Source: Octopus vulgaris (lineage: Eukaryota). Taken from it: a stretch of DNA of 64,000 bases. This document shows positions 1 through 13,340 of this stretch, piece after piece. The notes under the pieces were generated by a model. It had not been told where the DNA came from. It did not search any database and saw nothing but the letters and a program-made list of their open reading frames with translations. Each line of letters starts with the position of its first letter. Position 1 is the stretch's first letter. Location: assembly GCA_951406725.2 (NCBI GenBank), contig OX597821.1, forward strand, positions 48,112,001 through 48,176,000. Reading direction: 5' to 3'. The position numbers and the translations under genes were made by a program.

Positions 1-640
1 GTCCAGGAAATGCTTGATATGCCGTAGCCTGAGCGTATGTCTGTGCATCAGCAACCACGACATGCCAAGGCCTCCTTTCAGTGGCTGTTGACAGCAGATG
101 GAGCACCTGAACAGTGGTACCTGACCCTTCCACAGAAAGTCGAAGAGCAAGCGCACCAGCTTGGCTAACCAGCGGTCAGGACAAGGGACAACGGTCAATC
201 GGAATAGATGACGGATGCGATGTACGCATTCACCATCCCCGCTCAACCTTTCTGGGAGAGCTTCCTCTCGACCTATTTCTGGGTGAGATTGGCTACCCTG
301 CTCGTCACTTCATCCCAGTTTTTCTCCACCTGGAGGACTGGACCGAACCAGACCCCGAGCAGTTTAACGGGACCGTCTGTCCAGCGGCCTACGACGCTGT
401 TGGACGGCATGGACTTGCCCCTCCAAGTACCCAGTTGCAACCCCACCGACTTTTCCACATTAATTTTCGCACCTGTCACCGCTTCGTGCTCGCTTTGCGT
501 TTCGCCTATCAGGTCGATGTGCCTGTGGCTCGACACCATCACGGTGACGTCGTCGGCATTGGCAGACACGCTGTTTCCACATCCCAGATCACGCGGGACA
601 CCCCTCAAAGCCTCCAAATTCCGCAGTAATGGCTCGAGAG
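1..640 (-). mobile_element. L1/Tx1-clade LINE fragment, RT core to C-terminal region (decayed)
   Basis: ORF 273..722(-) reads EPLLRNL...VSANADDVTV (YADD-like)...TGAKINVEKS...VKLLGVWFG; a GGLGM motif follows near base 60-80. Confidence 0.8.
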
Positions 641-700
641 TCAATACGATAATTATAACAACAACAACAGCAACAACAACAATAACAATAATAATAATAA

Positions 701-1070
701 TAATATCTACAACTTCTGTCAATACCTATCCTTTCCTTTCTCCCTTACTATTTGAAAATGTAAACATCTTTATTCCATGAAAACTACATCTTTCTCTATT
801 CGGACAGACAAAAGATCATCTTCAGTAAATTTTAAAACCTTAATATCTACAATTTTCTGTTAAAATTTTACCTTCCTTTCTCCCTGAGTATTCGAAAATG
901 TAAACATCCCTTTCATTGCAAAAATACTACTGCATTCTCCAACCAGACAGACAAACGAATATCTAAAGAAAACTTTAAAACTTTAATATATAAAATTTTT
1001 ATGAAACTTATCCCTGACTACCCAAATATGTAAACATAACTTTTATTGTAACAATACAATTGAATTCAGA
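701..1070. repeat. Degenerate ~140-bp tandem repeat, ~2.6 copies
   Basis: Units start taatatctacaa/taatatataaaa at 701, 841 and 984; atgtaaacat recurs in all three and gacagacaaa in the first two. Confidence 0.7.
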
Positions 1071-1247
1071 AATTCAAAAATTCCACAGTGTGAATATCAG
1101 TATATATATCAGAATTAATCAGCCGAAATTTGCTATGATGATCCGGTTTCTGACTGAAGATTAAAGGCTTCGAATGACCCGTCTGTTTTCTGTGTTCGTC
1201 CGTTTGTGTATTTCACGTTCTTGTTTCTTTATATATAATTTTTATTC

Positions 1248-1279
<32 letters not shown>

Positions 1280-1739
1280 GTGTGTGTGTGTGTGTGTGTG
1301 CGTGTGTGTATTATTGTTTTTTCTACCAGTAATTACAAATAGAACAGGCTGAATTGCTTCTTTTCAAGGCCAAGGGCAGCGCTCTCATTGGTCGCTGGTA
1401 CTGGTAGTAGTAAACACACTTGACCTCTGCTGACCCAAAGGGTGAAAAGATTATTTTGTCTCTATGGCTGACCTCTCCACTATCTGCTGAATCTATTTAT
1501 AGACCTGTAGAATTTGATTTATTCACCAAGCTGCTAGTCTTCCTCCAACAACCACATATTTATGATTATCTCAAGTACAGGACAAAAGATGAAATAAAGA
1601 ACATTTAATCAAATCATTTAATAATAAATGGAAGTAGTAATAATGGTATAAACAATAGTAGTAGTGATGATGGTGATAATGATAAAAATAAAAATAATGG
1701 TAATATGCTGCAGCTGCTAATAATATAGCTACTACTATT

Positions 1740-4700
1740 CTGATAGCAGAGGAATCTGAGGCCCAACTACCACTGCCCCACCACCTGTGTAGCCTCTGAG
1801 TCTGTAAATATAACAATGACAAATAGTAAAAATTAAAAACAATAATATCAGTGATATCAGAAATGATGAAAGTAATAATGAAAGAAATCGGGTGGAGGCT
1901 CCCCATGTTCTGATTAATGATACATCTAGTGATGGTGTCACAATAAAAACACTGGTAAATGCGCAATGTGATAATCCCAACCTCATATGAGTGACAACGA
2001 AAAAACAAAATATTGTGTATAACGGAGGTAATGAAACTGAAGCCATTGATGGTGACAGTGTTGCACCCAGTAGGCTCAAAGATTCTGGTTCGGCTCCAAC
2101 CTGTCGATATCCAGAAAGGGACCAGCACACATGGCGTAGATGGAGCAAGCAAATTAATCTGTGGTCAGGAGTGTTACCACCTGAGCAACCTAGTAGATGA
2201 AAATGGTGCTCAAATTAGGGGTTACCGACAACATATGTATGATCATTGGAGGGAAAAGGGATTGTTTCACCTCACGGAACAGAGACTATGTGATCAAGCT
2301 AGAGCAATAAGAAACAATCGTTGGTTCACAGAAGTAGAGCTCGAAGCTATCAAAAGAAGGGTCTTGGAAAATAGCAGCAGAGATAACGATGAAAATGCAG
2401 TTCTTACTAAAAGAAGTAATTTCATAGACCAGGAAAGGAGCAGTGGTAGTTTACTTGTGAGAGACATATAGATGATCTAAAAGAAGACAATAAAACTAAT
2501 AGCGACATGACAGATGAAAAAAGGCAGTCTACGACAGAATAAAGGCAAGACTATAGGAGAACGATAGCGACATTATTTGCAACCTTAAAAAGGTTGATCA
2601 GTGGAATTTGAGCCAAGAAACGAAAAATGTCAATGAAATTCTGAAATACATCAGAATAAACAACATCACAGAAACAAACAACAACACAGAAACAGCAAGT
2701 ATTGTTGTAACAGAAAACGTGGGTGTTGATGTCAAGAAAAAGAAATATAATGGGAGTGACAAAATAAAAGATCCGTGGTGGAAAAGAATACAGGCAGGGT
2801 TAGATATCCTCTCGAAGGCAGCTTCTGTGTGAAAGTGGTAATGGAGAAACCGAAACAGCGTCTCGTTGCAAAGAAAAGCAAAGATGGTAAGATATGACCA
2901 CAGAATAAAGGGTTATCACCAGAATAGGTTATTCAGAGTAGATCAGAAGAGATTCTATAAAGAAATAAATGGAGAGTGTACAGATGAAAAGTTGATACCA
3001 GATAACAACGAAAGTCAAAGGTTTTGGAGTGACATCTGAAGCAAAGACAAAGAGCACAAGAAGGATGCTGAATGGTTGCAAGAACTGAAACAAACAGTAG
3101 TCTGTCCCAAACAGACAGAACTACTTATTTCAGTAAGGCAAGTGAAGGAAATCAGCAAAAAAAAAAATGAGCAACTGGAAGGTCTAGGACCAAATGGAGT
3201 TGGAGGCTACTGGATCGAAAGTTTTACTGGATGTCATGCACGAATAGCTGCGCAACTCAACACCTTGTTAAATGTCGACCAAGTAACACCAGAGTGGTTG
3301 GCATTGGGTAAGACATTGCTGTGCTTGAAAAGCATCGGAAAAGGCAATACGGTAGACAATTACAGGCCGATATCCTGTTTGCCACTTATGTGGAAGTTAC
3401 TGACTGGAATACTCACAGAGTCAATGTATGAACATCTGGAAAAAATGGAGTCCTGTCACATGAGCAGAAGGGTTGCAAGCGTGAGTGCCGAGGTACCAAG
3501 GATCAACTCCTGGTAGACACAGCTGTACTTAGAGACTGCAAGAGGAGGAAAAGTAACTTAGCCATGTCATGGATCGACTATCGTAAGGCGTACGATATGA
3601 TCCCACATTCTTGGATTATGTTGTGTATGAACCTATATGGTATTGCATTGAATGTTGAGTGATTGCTTGGAAAAAGTATGGCGAATTGGAGGACAGACCT
3701 GACAGCATACGGAAGAAGTTTAGGAACTGTAGAAATTAGGAGGGGCATCTTCCAAGGGGACTGCCACTGATCTTTGTACTGTGCTTGATACCACTAACAC
3801 TGATTCTGAGGAAGGCAAAAGTTGGGTATGTATTCAAAAGCCGCCAACAAAAGTCAATCAGTTGTTATTCATGGATGACCTCAAACTTTATGGTAAAGAT
3901 GAAGCCCAAGTCAGTTCCCTTATTAATATAGTGTATAACTTCAGTGCTGATATCAGAATGGAGTTCGGACTGAAAAAGTGTGGTGTGATAGTATTGAAGA
4001 GAGGCAAAATCAAATGTATGGACGGGCTATCGATACCGTCGGGGGAGGTTATGAAGCAGATACAAGAAATGGGATATAAGTACTTGGGGATTTGGGAAGT
4101 GGATAAGTTGATGGAGAAAAAAATGACAGAAAAATTTAAGGCAGAGTACTTGCGCAGACTGAGACTGATCCTTAAGTCGAAATTAAAAGGAAGGAATAAG
4201 ATAGAAACTATCAACACTTGGGTGGTTTCATTCCTTTGATATAGAGCAGGGGTAACCGCATGGAGAGTAGACGAACTAAACAGCCTAGACAGAAAGACAA
4301 GGATATTGCTAACTAGATATGGGACACTCCACCCAAAAATTGACACAGACAGACTATGTATCATGAAAAAGAGGGGAAGAAGACTTATTGGGTGCAAACA
4401 CAGTATTAGAACAGAAGAAAACAACATAGCATGGTATGTAAAAAATTCCACAAAACCGCTATTATTAGAAGTAGGAAGGTCAGGCTTGTGTAGGATGAAA
4501 GATTGCAAAGATAAAGCACTATACAAGAAATTGACTACGAATGAAACTGAAAATATGTAGGTAAAGAAAAGAATGCATGGGCAATTTCATAGAGATATTG
4601 AAGATAAGACAGAAAAAAGATGGCTGTGGATGACTAAAAGTGATTTAAAACCGGAAACGGAGGCTCTAATCTGTGCTGCACAAGAGAAAGCACTAAGAAC

Positions 4701-5393
4701 AAACTACATAAAATACAGAATAGACAGCAGAACACAGCAGAAAGTGATAAGTGCAGAATCTGTGGACAAAATGGTGAAACCGTATGACATATTACCAGCC
4801 AATGTACGCCATTAGCCCAGAAGGAATATAAGACAGGCCACGACAATATAGCCAAGCTTGTCCATTGGACACTCTGCAGCACGTATGGACTTGACAGAGC
4901 AATGAAGTGGTACGACCACAAACCCGAAGGCATCATCGAAAATGATAATGCAAAGATCCTGTGGGATTTTACAATTCAATGCGACCATGAGATAGAGAAT
5001 AGGAAACCAGACATAGTCTTAATTGAGAAAAAGAACAAACTATGCTGGATCATAGATATAGCATGCCCAGCTGACAACAAGGTATGCGATAAGGGAGAAA
5101 GAAAAGTCGACAGATATGACAGGTTAGCTTGGGAGGTTAAGTAGTTGTGGTTGATGAAAAAGGTAGCAGTAGTACCAATAATTGTCGGAGCCCTGGGAAC
5201 AGTGAGAAATATCTCGAGAATTACATGGACAAATAGGTGATGCAATAAGGGTGGAGCACACGCTGAAAACAGCACTGCTTGGAACCACTCGAAAACTCCG
5301 GAAGGTGCCCGAAAAATAAGTGTTACCTTAGTTCACTGGTAGTGAACAGCTGACACCGTAGTTCATCTCCAGCGTTAGAAGCTGTGCAAAGAA
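1740..5393 (+). mobile_element. R4/Dong-like non-LTR retrotransposon (RT + CCHC + restriction-like endonuclease), near full length, pseudogenised
   Basis: QRLCDQARAIR N-terminus, [41 protein letters not shown]...C knuckle, KILWDF..RKPDIV..IIDIACP (RLE); stops and frameshifts; ends in (AAT)n at 5394. Confidence 0.9.
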
Positions 5394-5437
<44 letters not shown>

Positions 5438-6588
5438 GACAGTTTTGATATATATATTGATTTACAAGGAAATATAATTTTTAATCTTACTAAGTACTGT
5501 AAACAGAATTATAAAAACCATTGGGGATTGCTCAGAATTAATATGAATAGTTTACTGAAAAATAACTGAAAAGATAACTATTCAATGCAATGATGCTAAT
5601 TGTAAACATGGTAACCGATGTGTAAAAATGAAAAAGAGAAATCTATTCTAGATTAAAAACAGCCATTTGCTTAAGAAGAAAGATATGAAATAGCAGTGAA
5701 GCCATACAACTTAAAGATAGGAATTATTTATATATTAGAGACACCAACTTAGCTGATTTTGTGTAAGACGGGTGTTTAATTCAATTAGTAGGAACATTAT
5801 GTCCAACTTAGTTTAAAACAATCATAAATGAATTTATATAGTTTTAAATAATAAATATTTCCATAGTCTGTCAGAGATATCATTTTGAAAGAAACAATAT
5901 TTTTATGAATGTTAACAAGGCCGAACAAAAGAAATGGTTACATGAGATGGTTTAAATTGGAGGGCTGTTGGAAGCACAAGAGATGTCTTGTCAACAGTGA
6001 TAAATTGCATTTCACTTAAACAAACTAAGGTGTAATTTAAAAAAACTGCAAAATGAATAAATACATAAAATAAAAGCTAAGAGAGATAAAAAAAATATAA
6101 TACTAATGTATCAGAATGACTACAATCAAATGAGAGTTACGAAATTCTAAACAGTTGTGTTAAAGGTGACGTGAAATTGAGTAAGGAGAAATGTTATGAG
6201 TTACTGTTCAAAAAATAGGTGAAGCTTGTCTAAAAAAAAAGCAGTTAATCTGAGTAATGTAATAATTTGCTGTTTGGGTAATTAAAGATTTTAAATCATT
6301 TAAAATGTTTTGACTTTTCTGTCTCTACACAATAAGACCAATTCTTAATGACAGTCAAAAAGAGAAAGCACGAAATAATACTATTGTTCATCACACGAAT
6401 GCCACTTGTGTAGTCTCACAGGAGCTACGTCGGCATTATTAAGATTCAAGACGAAAATTTTTCGAACTGGACATCAGCTCTGACATTCTTAGTAGGATAG
6501 AACCTTGCTCTGAAGTCCAGATCCCTCTCGAAGATTTTACTGCCGCCCTTCGGGGATTGTCCAAGCTGAAGCTCGTCAATTGGATCCC

Positions 6589-6623
<35 letters not shown>

Positions 6624-6625
<2 letters not shown>

Positions 6626-6833
6626 CTTTTCTATTATAGGCCTGAAATTTTTGGGGAGGGAGATCAGTCGATTACATTGATCCCAGTATGCAACTGGTGC
6701 CTAATTTATCGACCCCGAAAGAATGAAAAGCAATGGCGACCTCAGTTGAATTTGAACTCAGAACACAGTGGTAGACGAAAAGATGCCAAGCATTTCGCCC
6801 AGCATGCTAACGATTCTACCAGCTCGCCGCCTT
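6624..6833 (-). mobile_element. tRNA-derived SINE with Meta/MESC-like central domain
   Basis: Minus strand: A-box tggtagaatcg, B-box gagttcaaat, then ttcattctttcggggtcgataaatta; (AAT)n on both flanks. Confidence 0.8.
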
Positions 6834-6834
6834 A

Positions 6835-6865
<31 letters not shown>

Positions 6866-8567
6866 TTCCCCACGCGTGGATCCTCGAAACACTAGCCATG
6901 AACAAGGTAGCACCAATAATTATAAATACATAAGACACTCTATGTATAAATGGCAGGCAGTGCTACAGCTCCAAACAAAAGAGAGACTCGTGAAAACCAA
7001 AGCCATCCCCATTAGAAGTGGAATATTCCACTCCTTTTCTGCTTGGCACTGACACCTCTATCTGATATGCTAAATAGAACTGGATGCGGATACAAATGTT
7101 ACGGCAAAACAATCAGCCACCTTTTATATATGGATGACCTAAAACTATACGCTACAAATGATAAACAGTTGGAAACACTACTACAGACACTACATGGATT
7201 TACCAAAGAAATAGATATGAAATTTGGATTAGAAAAATGCGCCAAAGTAACCCTGAAAAGAGGAAAACTAGTTAAGAGTAGCAACATCACACTAGATAAA
7301 GCCAATGAAATAAGAGAATTAGACCAAAGTCATACATACAGATATTTAGGAATCAATGAAATAGATATGATACAACACACACAAATGAAAGAGAAAATAA
7401 AAGAAAGAATACTCTAGACTAGTTAGATCAATACTGAAAACAGAGCTCAATGCTAAAAATAAGATAATAGGTATTAACACTTTAGCCGTCCCAATTATAA
7501 GTTGCAGCTACAATATCCTTAACTGGACACTAAATGAACTAACCAAAGAAGACAGGGAAACAAAAAAATAATGACAGGATCTAGGATACACCATCTAAAA
7601 TCTGACATAGAAAGGCTATATATATAACGTATAGAAAGAAGGTGGTAGAGGCCTTATACAGCTGGAAAACTATTATAAAATAACCACCACAGGACTGCAA
7701 AAATACCTAGTTCAGAAGCAAGGAAAACTAAGATAAATAGTCACAAAACACGAGCAAAAAAATTGTTTTCAGTATTTAAGGAAGCTAAAAAATTCAAACA
7801 AAAAATCATACTACCTATCAAATATGAAGAAGAAGAAGAAGAAGAAGAAGAAGAAGAAGAAGAAGAAGAAGAAGAAGAAGAAGAAGAAGAAGAAGAAGAA
7901 GAAGAAGAAGAAGAAGAAGAAGAAACAAAAGCTATAAAACTAATGAAATCCAACTAAAACTAGAACAGCAACGATCCATGAAAAAACGATGGCAAGAAAA
8001 GCCCATTCATGGCAAATAGTGGGCTAAACTAAATGCAAAAGTAATAGACAGAAAAAAATCCCAGCAATGGTTGAGAAGCTCAGGACACAAAGCAGAGACT
8101 GAAGTATTTTTAACAGCAGCAAAAGATCAAAGCCTCCCTACCAGAAATTACCAAAAACATATAATGAAAAGAAACATAACCAGTAACGGCAGAATATGTG
8201 GAGATGGACAAGAAACAATAAATCATATTGTCTCTGGCTGCCCAGTTCTGGCTAAGAAGGAATATATTCACAGACACGACAGAGTTGGGACCTACATACA
8301 CTGGAAGCTATGCCAACACTATGGAATAACAACAGAAAAAAAGATGGTATAGGCACACGCCAGAAAAGGTCACAGAAAACGAGAAAGCAACCATACTCTG
8401 GGATATGCCAATACACACAGAGAAATTAAGGCCAATAGGCCAGATATAGTTGTCAGAGATCATGAAGAAAAAAAGCTTTCTGATTGATGCATCAATACTA
8501 GCAGATGACAACGTTTCTCTAAAAGAAATGGAAAAACTTTCAAAATACAAAGACCTGGAAATAGAGT
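6866..8567 (+). mobile_element. Second, divergent R4/Dong-like element, 5'-truncated, with internal (GAA)n
   Basis: Starts directly after (AAT)n; LLYMDDLKLY, YRYLG, GGRGL, RICG..ETINHIVSGC..YIHRHD, ILWD..RPDIV motifs. Confidence 0.88.
7826..7925 (+). repeat. (GAA)n microsatellite inside the R4 element
   Basis: Pure GAA run; poly-Glu in ORF 7763..7957. Confidence 0.95.
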
Positions 8568-9405
8568 CGGACAATGTGGTCGGTAGAAGTTCCACTCGGG
8601 CTTTTTATATAGGGTTAGTGGTGGTCAAGTTCTTAGGTAAACTCTGGGCGTTGACAAGAATGAGCTGGCTGGTCTGTTCCACAGGACTTTTGGGTCGGGA
8701 CCTGTGAAAAACTTTCAGAAATCCTTGGCTTGGCAGTGCTACTGGAGGGAATTCTTGGTTGAGGATAAACTCTACAGGCATGGAAGCGCCATCAGCCAGG
8801 CTTGAGTGATGAAATTATTCAGCATGCTCTTGTCCAGTGCCCAAGCATTGCTGACTTGTGGGTTTATGTCGAACACTGGCTGTCGCTTGTAGAACGGTTC
8901 CAGCTATTGGCTGAGTCCATTGCGAAGAATTGCTCTACTGCCTTCCTAGGGCCGGGAAGAACAAGCAGTGTTACTTTCTCAGGTGGCCTTAGTAAAAGAG
9001 GTTGTGTGGTGGACCAAGCTGAAAAGGATGAAGATAGACACTTTCCTCTTTGGCCAAACCGTCATCAACTTTTTCAAGTTCCACTTGAAAAGGAAAACGA
9101 GGGTAGAGAGGTAAGAGCTGCTCCCCAGCAATTTTGTCAAAAAGTAGGTGAATGTAGCTCGAATGTATTCAAAGCATACGACTCGAGATCAAGGTTGGAA
9201 GAAGAGGAGAGGGCAGTTGCCCTAGAGGTCAGGGTGATTATGGTTTTTGTGTGCTTTCTACGAGCAGCTCTTGGACGTTTCCCTCCTTTAGGGACTTAAT
9301 TTTTTATAACTTTTATTGTTTTTTTCTTCATCTACACATTCCAGTCCCACTCATTTTTACCGTCCTGCATCGTCCTCAATATTTTAAGTGGTTAATAAAG
9401 AACAG
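8568..9405 (+). mobile_element. L1/Tx1-like LINE 3' end (zinc-knuckle region and 3' UTR)
   Basis: SLAWQC...DEIIQHALVQCPSIADLW resembles the L1/Tx1 E-T-x-x-H-x-x-x-x-C region; aataaa at ~9395, then simple repeats. Confidence 0.65.
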
Positions 9406-9425
9406 ATCATTATTATTATTATTAT

Positions 9426-9459
<34 letters not shown>

Positions 9460-9489
9460 GCTGCTGCTACTACTACTACTACTATTAAA

Positions 9490-9720
9490 TCAGGAATCTT
9501 TACTAGACTGGACAAAATGCTTAGCTACATTTCTTCCAGCTTTATGTTCTGTGTTCAAATCCTGCCAAGGCCAACTTTGTCTTTCCTCCTTTTGAGGTCA
9601 CAAAAAAGAAAATACAAGCAAGTACTGCAATTGATGCAATTCACTAATTCCATTTTCCTAAAATTGCCGACATCGTGCCAAAATTTGAAACAATTATTAC
9701 TGTTGTTGCGGGTGCACTTA
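9490..9720 (+). mobile_element. Decayed tRNA-SINE related to the 6624-6833 family
   Basis: gttcaaatcc B-box followed by ctttcctccttttgaggtc. Confidence 0.65.
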
Positions 9721-10114
9721 TCAAAATTTACCCAAAATACCTTTTTTTGTCTGGAAAACGGTGGTGGGAGGGCCTCGGAAATTTCACCCCTCCCCTTCCT
9801 CACCCCCAACAGATTACAGAAATACGTTTTCAAGAGGTATAGTTAAGGTATAATTAACATCCTCATGTTTTCAAACGTAATTTGCCCTTGCAAATAAACA
9901 AAGTAAAAATGAAAGGAATATCTGGGTTTTGATATAGAAACACCTTTTTTTCCGCTTCTTCCATTTAGATGATTCTGAAAGAAAGACAGGGAGAAGCAAC
10001 AAAACCAATACTTCACAGTTGGTTTTACTTCTCGACTCCCGAATGATGAAATGCCATGTTGACCCCATTAATATATGAAGTCAGTGAAAAATGTATCCTT
10101 TATATAAAACAAAA

Positions 10115-10318
10115 CTCCGTCCGAGTTGCGGATCCGTGAAACAAGCTGCCAGACGAGATGGTGAAGATGCCGACGACCCCTTTGTTCAAAGTCTCCTTTG
10201 ACCTCAAGTGGCCTGAACTCTTTACATGAACACCACCCTGTACTTAACTCCATGTCCCCCTACATGGCCTTGCTATTTGCTTTTGAGCCAAAAATTAACT
10301 AACTAACTAACTAACTAA
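10115..10318 (+). mobile_element. CR1-type LINE 3' end with (AACT)n tail
   Basis: SVRVADP*NKLPDEMV..LFKVSFD matches the CR1 WNxLP terminus. Confidence 0.7.
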
Positions 10319-11256
10319 AAGTTTATTTTTCCAGAGAGTGGCATATGTGACTGCAATTTCCAGCATGGTAAGTGGTCAGGTAGACGCCTCTTATTAGTTC
10401 ATTAATGGTGATGTAGTCTAATGAGCTACTGACATTGAACCTCACCTATTGGTACCGCAGTCTCTATTTCCTGTACATCAACAAATGTAAGATGTCAAGT
10501 TTTGAAAATCTTGTCTTTATTTCCTCTACATCAACTAATGTACGATGATAGCTATTGATACTTTGGTGTCTACGTACTCAACAAGAACAAACATACACAT
10601 TTTTTGTTTAATAGACAGAAATCGATATTAGGCAATGATATTATATGAGTTCAAAATCTAGGCAAAAACCAGGAAGTTGCAGTCAGTCACACAACAATAG
10701 CCATAGAATTAGTATTTAGGCATGTGGTGCAAACACATTTGGATTTGCTTTCAACTTAAAATCAAAGGTTTTATAGTAACAAAAAGGCAAATAATATCAA
10801 AACATTTCTCGATGTAAATACACACAAATAATGAGACATGTAAGTGTGTATGTGTATATGTGTGTGTGTGTGCGTGTGTGTGTGTGTGTGTGTGTGCATG
10901 AAGTACATACATTTTAAACAAAATATCAAATATATATGCACATACAAAAATATAGTTGAATACTTACGTATTAACAGAGAGAGAGAGAGAGAAGAGAAAG
11001 AGAGAGAATGTTATGACCATCTTGGAGTCGAATTTATAAAAAAGTAATTCTTTGCTGAGATGTTTTATGGAATGCGAGGATGAAAAAATAAAACAAGATA
11101 ACAATTGGGAAGTTGATTTATCTATTTTATAAGATTGAACTCTCAAATGCCATTGTTTGGAACTGGTTATATATAAAGACACACACACATCCGTATATAT
11201 ATACATATATACAATATGTAGAGATACATAAAATATGTATATACATAAATAAATGT

Positions 11257-11460
11257 CATCATCATCATCATCATCATCATTATTTAATGTCCATGGTCTA
11301 TACTGGCATGGAACGGACGTTTTGACAAGGATCCAATGAGTCAAGGACTGCATCGTACTCCAGTGTCTACTTTTGCATGGTTTTTATGGTTGGCTGCCCT
11401 TCATATTGCCAACCACTTTACAGTGTGTACTGGGTGCGTTTTCATGCCACTGGCCCTATT
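11257..11460 (-). mobile_element. RTE 3'-tail/SINE fragment with (GAT)n tail
   Basis: Homologous to 20740-20904. Confidence 0.7.
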
Positions 11461-11705
11461 GAGCTCACTAACTTGCTCACAAGCAACAAGCAGAGGGAGG
11501 GAGGTTGATGCCTCTGTGTACAAGAAGGGACAGTTTAAAGTATGAGGCAAAACGTTGGAGTAGAGCAGGTTCTTGTCGTAGAGTACTTACATGGTTACTC
11601 ACATTTGAGAGTGAGAGAGAGAGGGGGGATGAATTAGAGACATCTCCAAGGATATAAACGGTGGTGATGAGGTGTTTGGGGGTATCTCAGGGAATTGGAG
11701 CAGTT

Positions 11706-11872
11706 TCTGGAAAGTTCCGAGGATTTTCTAACTTCCGGGAGATTTGGTCGAAAATTTCCCGGGAAGTTCCGAGGATTGTCTAACTTCCGTGATATTTGGT
11801 CGAAAATTTCCTGGGAAGTTCCGAGGATTTTCTAATTTCCTGGAAATTTGGTCGAAAACTTCCTGGAAAGTT
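11706..11872. repeat. 52-bp minisatellite, ~3.2 copies
   Basis: aagttccgaggatt recurs at ~11712, 11764 and 11816. Confidence 0.9.
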
Positions 11873-12700
11873 TAGTGTTGAAATATGCAGATGATACCAG
11901 CTGTACCTTGAAATAAAAAGAACATATACTATCCTGCAATCAGATCTGGATACACTGCAGCAGTGGACCTCTGACTGGCAACTCGAGCTATCTGTAGACA
12001 AGTGTGTTACCATGCATTTTGGGAGGAAAAATCCAGCTTTTACATAATCCCTCAGCAACACCAATCTCAAGAAGTCTTCTGGTGGACATGTTCTGGGTAT
12101 TATTGTAAACAACAATCTGCATTGGACAAACCACATATCTAAGATTGTCAAAAAGGCTGAGGTGGTGCTAGCATCACTCAGTAAGCCACTCTCCAGTTAT
12201 GTATTTAAAATTGTATACAGCAATGGTATATCCACACTTGGAATTTGCATCACCAGTCTGGAACCCCTCTCTTTCTCAGCATATAAATCTCCTGGAAACT
12301 GTTCAGAAATGTGCAACAAAGCAAATACCCACCGTCAGACATCTACCATACTCTGAACGTCTTGCATTCCTGGGCATGAATACATTGAAACCCAGACGTC
12401 TGGCAACTGACTTGATTGACACCCACAAGATTATCCACCATGTTTCCAACAACAACCTTGGGTACCTTTTTGAATTCCATATGACAAACACTCATGGACA
12501 TGCTTATAAAATCAAAAAACAACGAAGCACCCATGACTTTCGGAAACAATTTTTCATGCTCAGAATTGCAGAAGCATGGAATAAACCACCTGCATCAGTT
12601 GTTAGCTGTCAAGACACTACATCCTTCAAAACTTCCATGTGTCCTGAAATCTGCCAACAGTACACCTGATGGCCATTTTTTTTCTTTTTAGTTGTAGTGC
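11873..12700 (+). mobile_element. CR1-clade LINE, RT C-terminal half
   Basis: KYADD, LQSDLD..WQL..KC, PHLEFASPVWNP, LPYSERL, HGH, FFMLRIAEAWN. Confidence 0.88.
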
Positions 12701-13147
12701 ACCTGAGCACTGTATACAACAATTTCTTTCATCATTATATATGTATGTTTGTTGACTTTCTGTGCAGTATTTTAGGTCTGTTAGTCAATGTAATGTCACA
12801 CACTCACTTCTGTTCCCACTCAGTGGTACCCTACGCAGTGTTCAATATTTGGTGCAAGACTGTCTCTCTTTTCTATCTATTTCTCTGTCCTTCTTCTCTC
12901 CCCTCTATCTACCTCTCTACCTATCTGCTGCTTTTCTCTCTTTACTGCCTTCCATCTCTTCCTCTGTCCATCTCTGTCAACTACCTACTGTCTATCTTTA
13001 TTCCCTTATTTCTCCACACTCTCTCTTTCTTCCTACTTGCTCTTCCCTAACCTTCTATACTCTCTTTCTTTACTTTTTTGGTACCAAAAGACAATCCAAT
13101 TTTTTGTCACTCATCGTTTTTCTACTTGATCAGTGCATAGGTAAGAC

Positions 13148-13340
13148 ATCATCGTTTAATGTCCATTTTCCATGCTAGAATAGGTTGAATGGTTCGATTG
13201 GGGCCTGGGAAGCCAGGAGGCTGCACCAGGCTCCAGTCTGATCTGGCAGTGTTTCTACAGCTGGATGCCCTTCCTAATACCAACCACTCTGAGATTGTAG
13301 TGGGTGCTGTTTTTACGTGCCACAGGCACAGGGGCCAATT
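13148..13340 (-). mobile_element. RTE 3'-tail/SINE fragment
   Basis: ctacagctggatgcccttcctaa motif shared with 20740-20904. Confidence 0.8.

Noticed and set aside
1121-1180. gccGAAAt...gatc and ctgactgaag..cttcgaa hammerhead-like pieces
   Set aside because: The 5' core and stems cannot be assembled; at most a truncated relic
1740-1960. Possible HDV-like ribozyme in the R4 5' UTR
   Set aside because: Only a cagagg/cctctg pairing is visible; the nested double pseudoknot could not be built
5500-6320. Purine-rich AT stretch, possibly an ancient LINE ORF
   Set aside because: No motif recoverable with confidence
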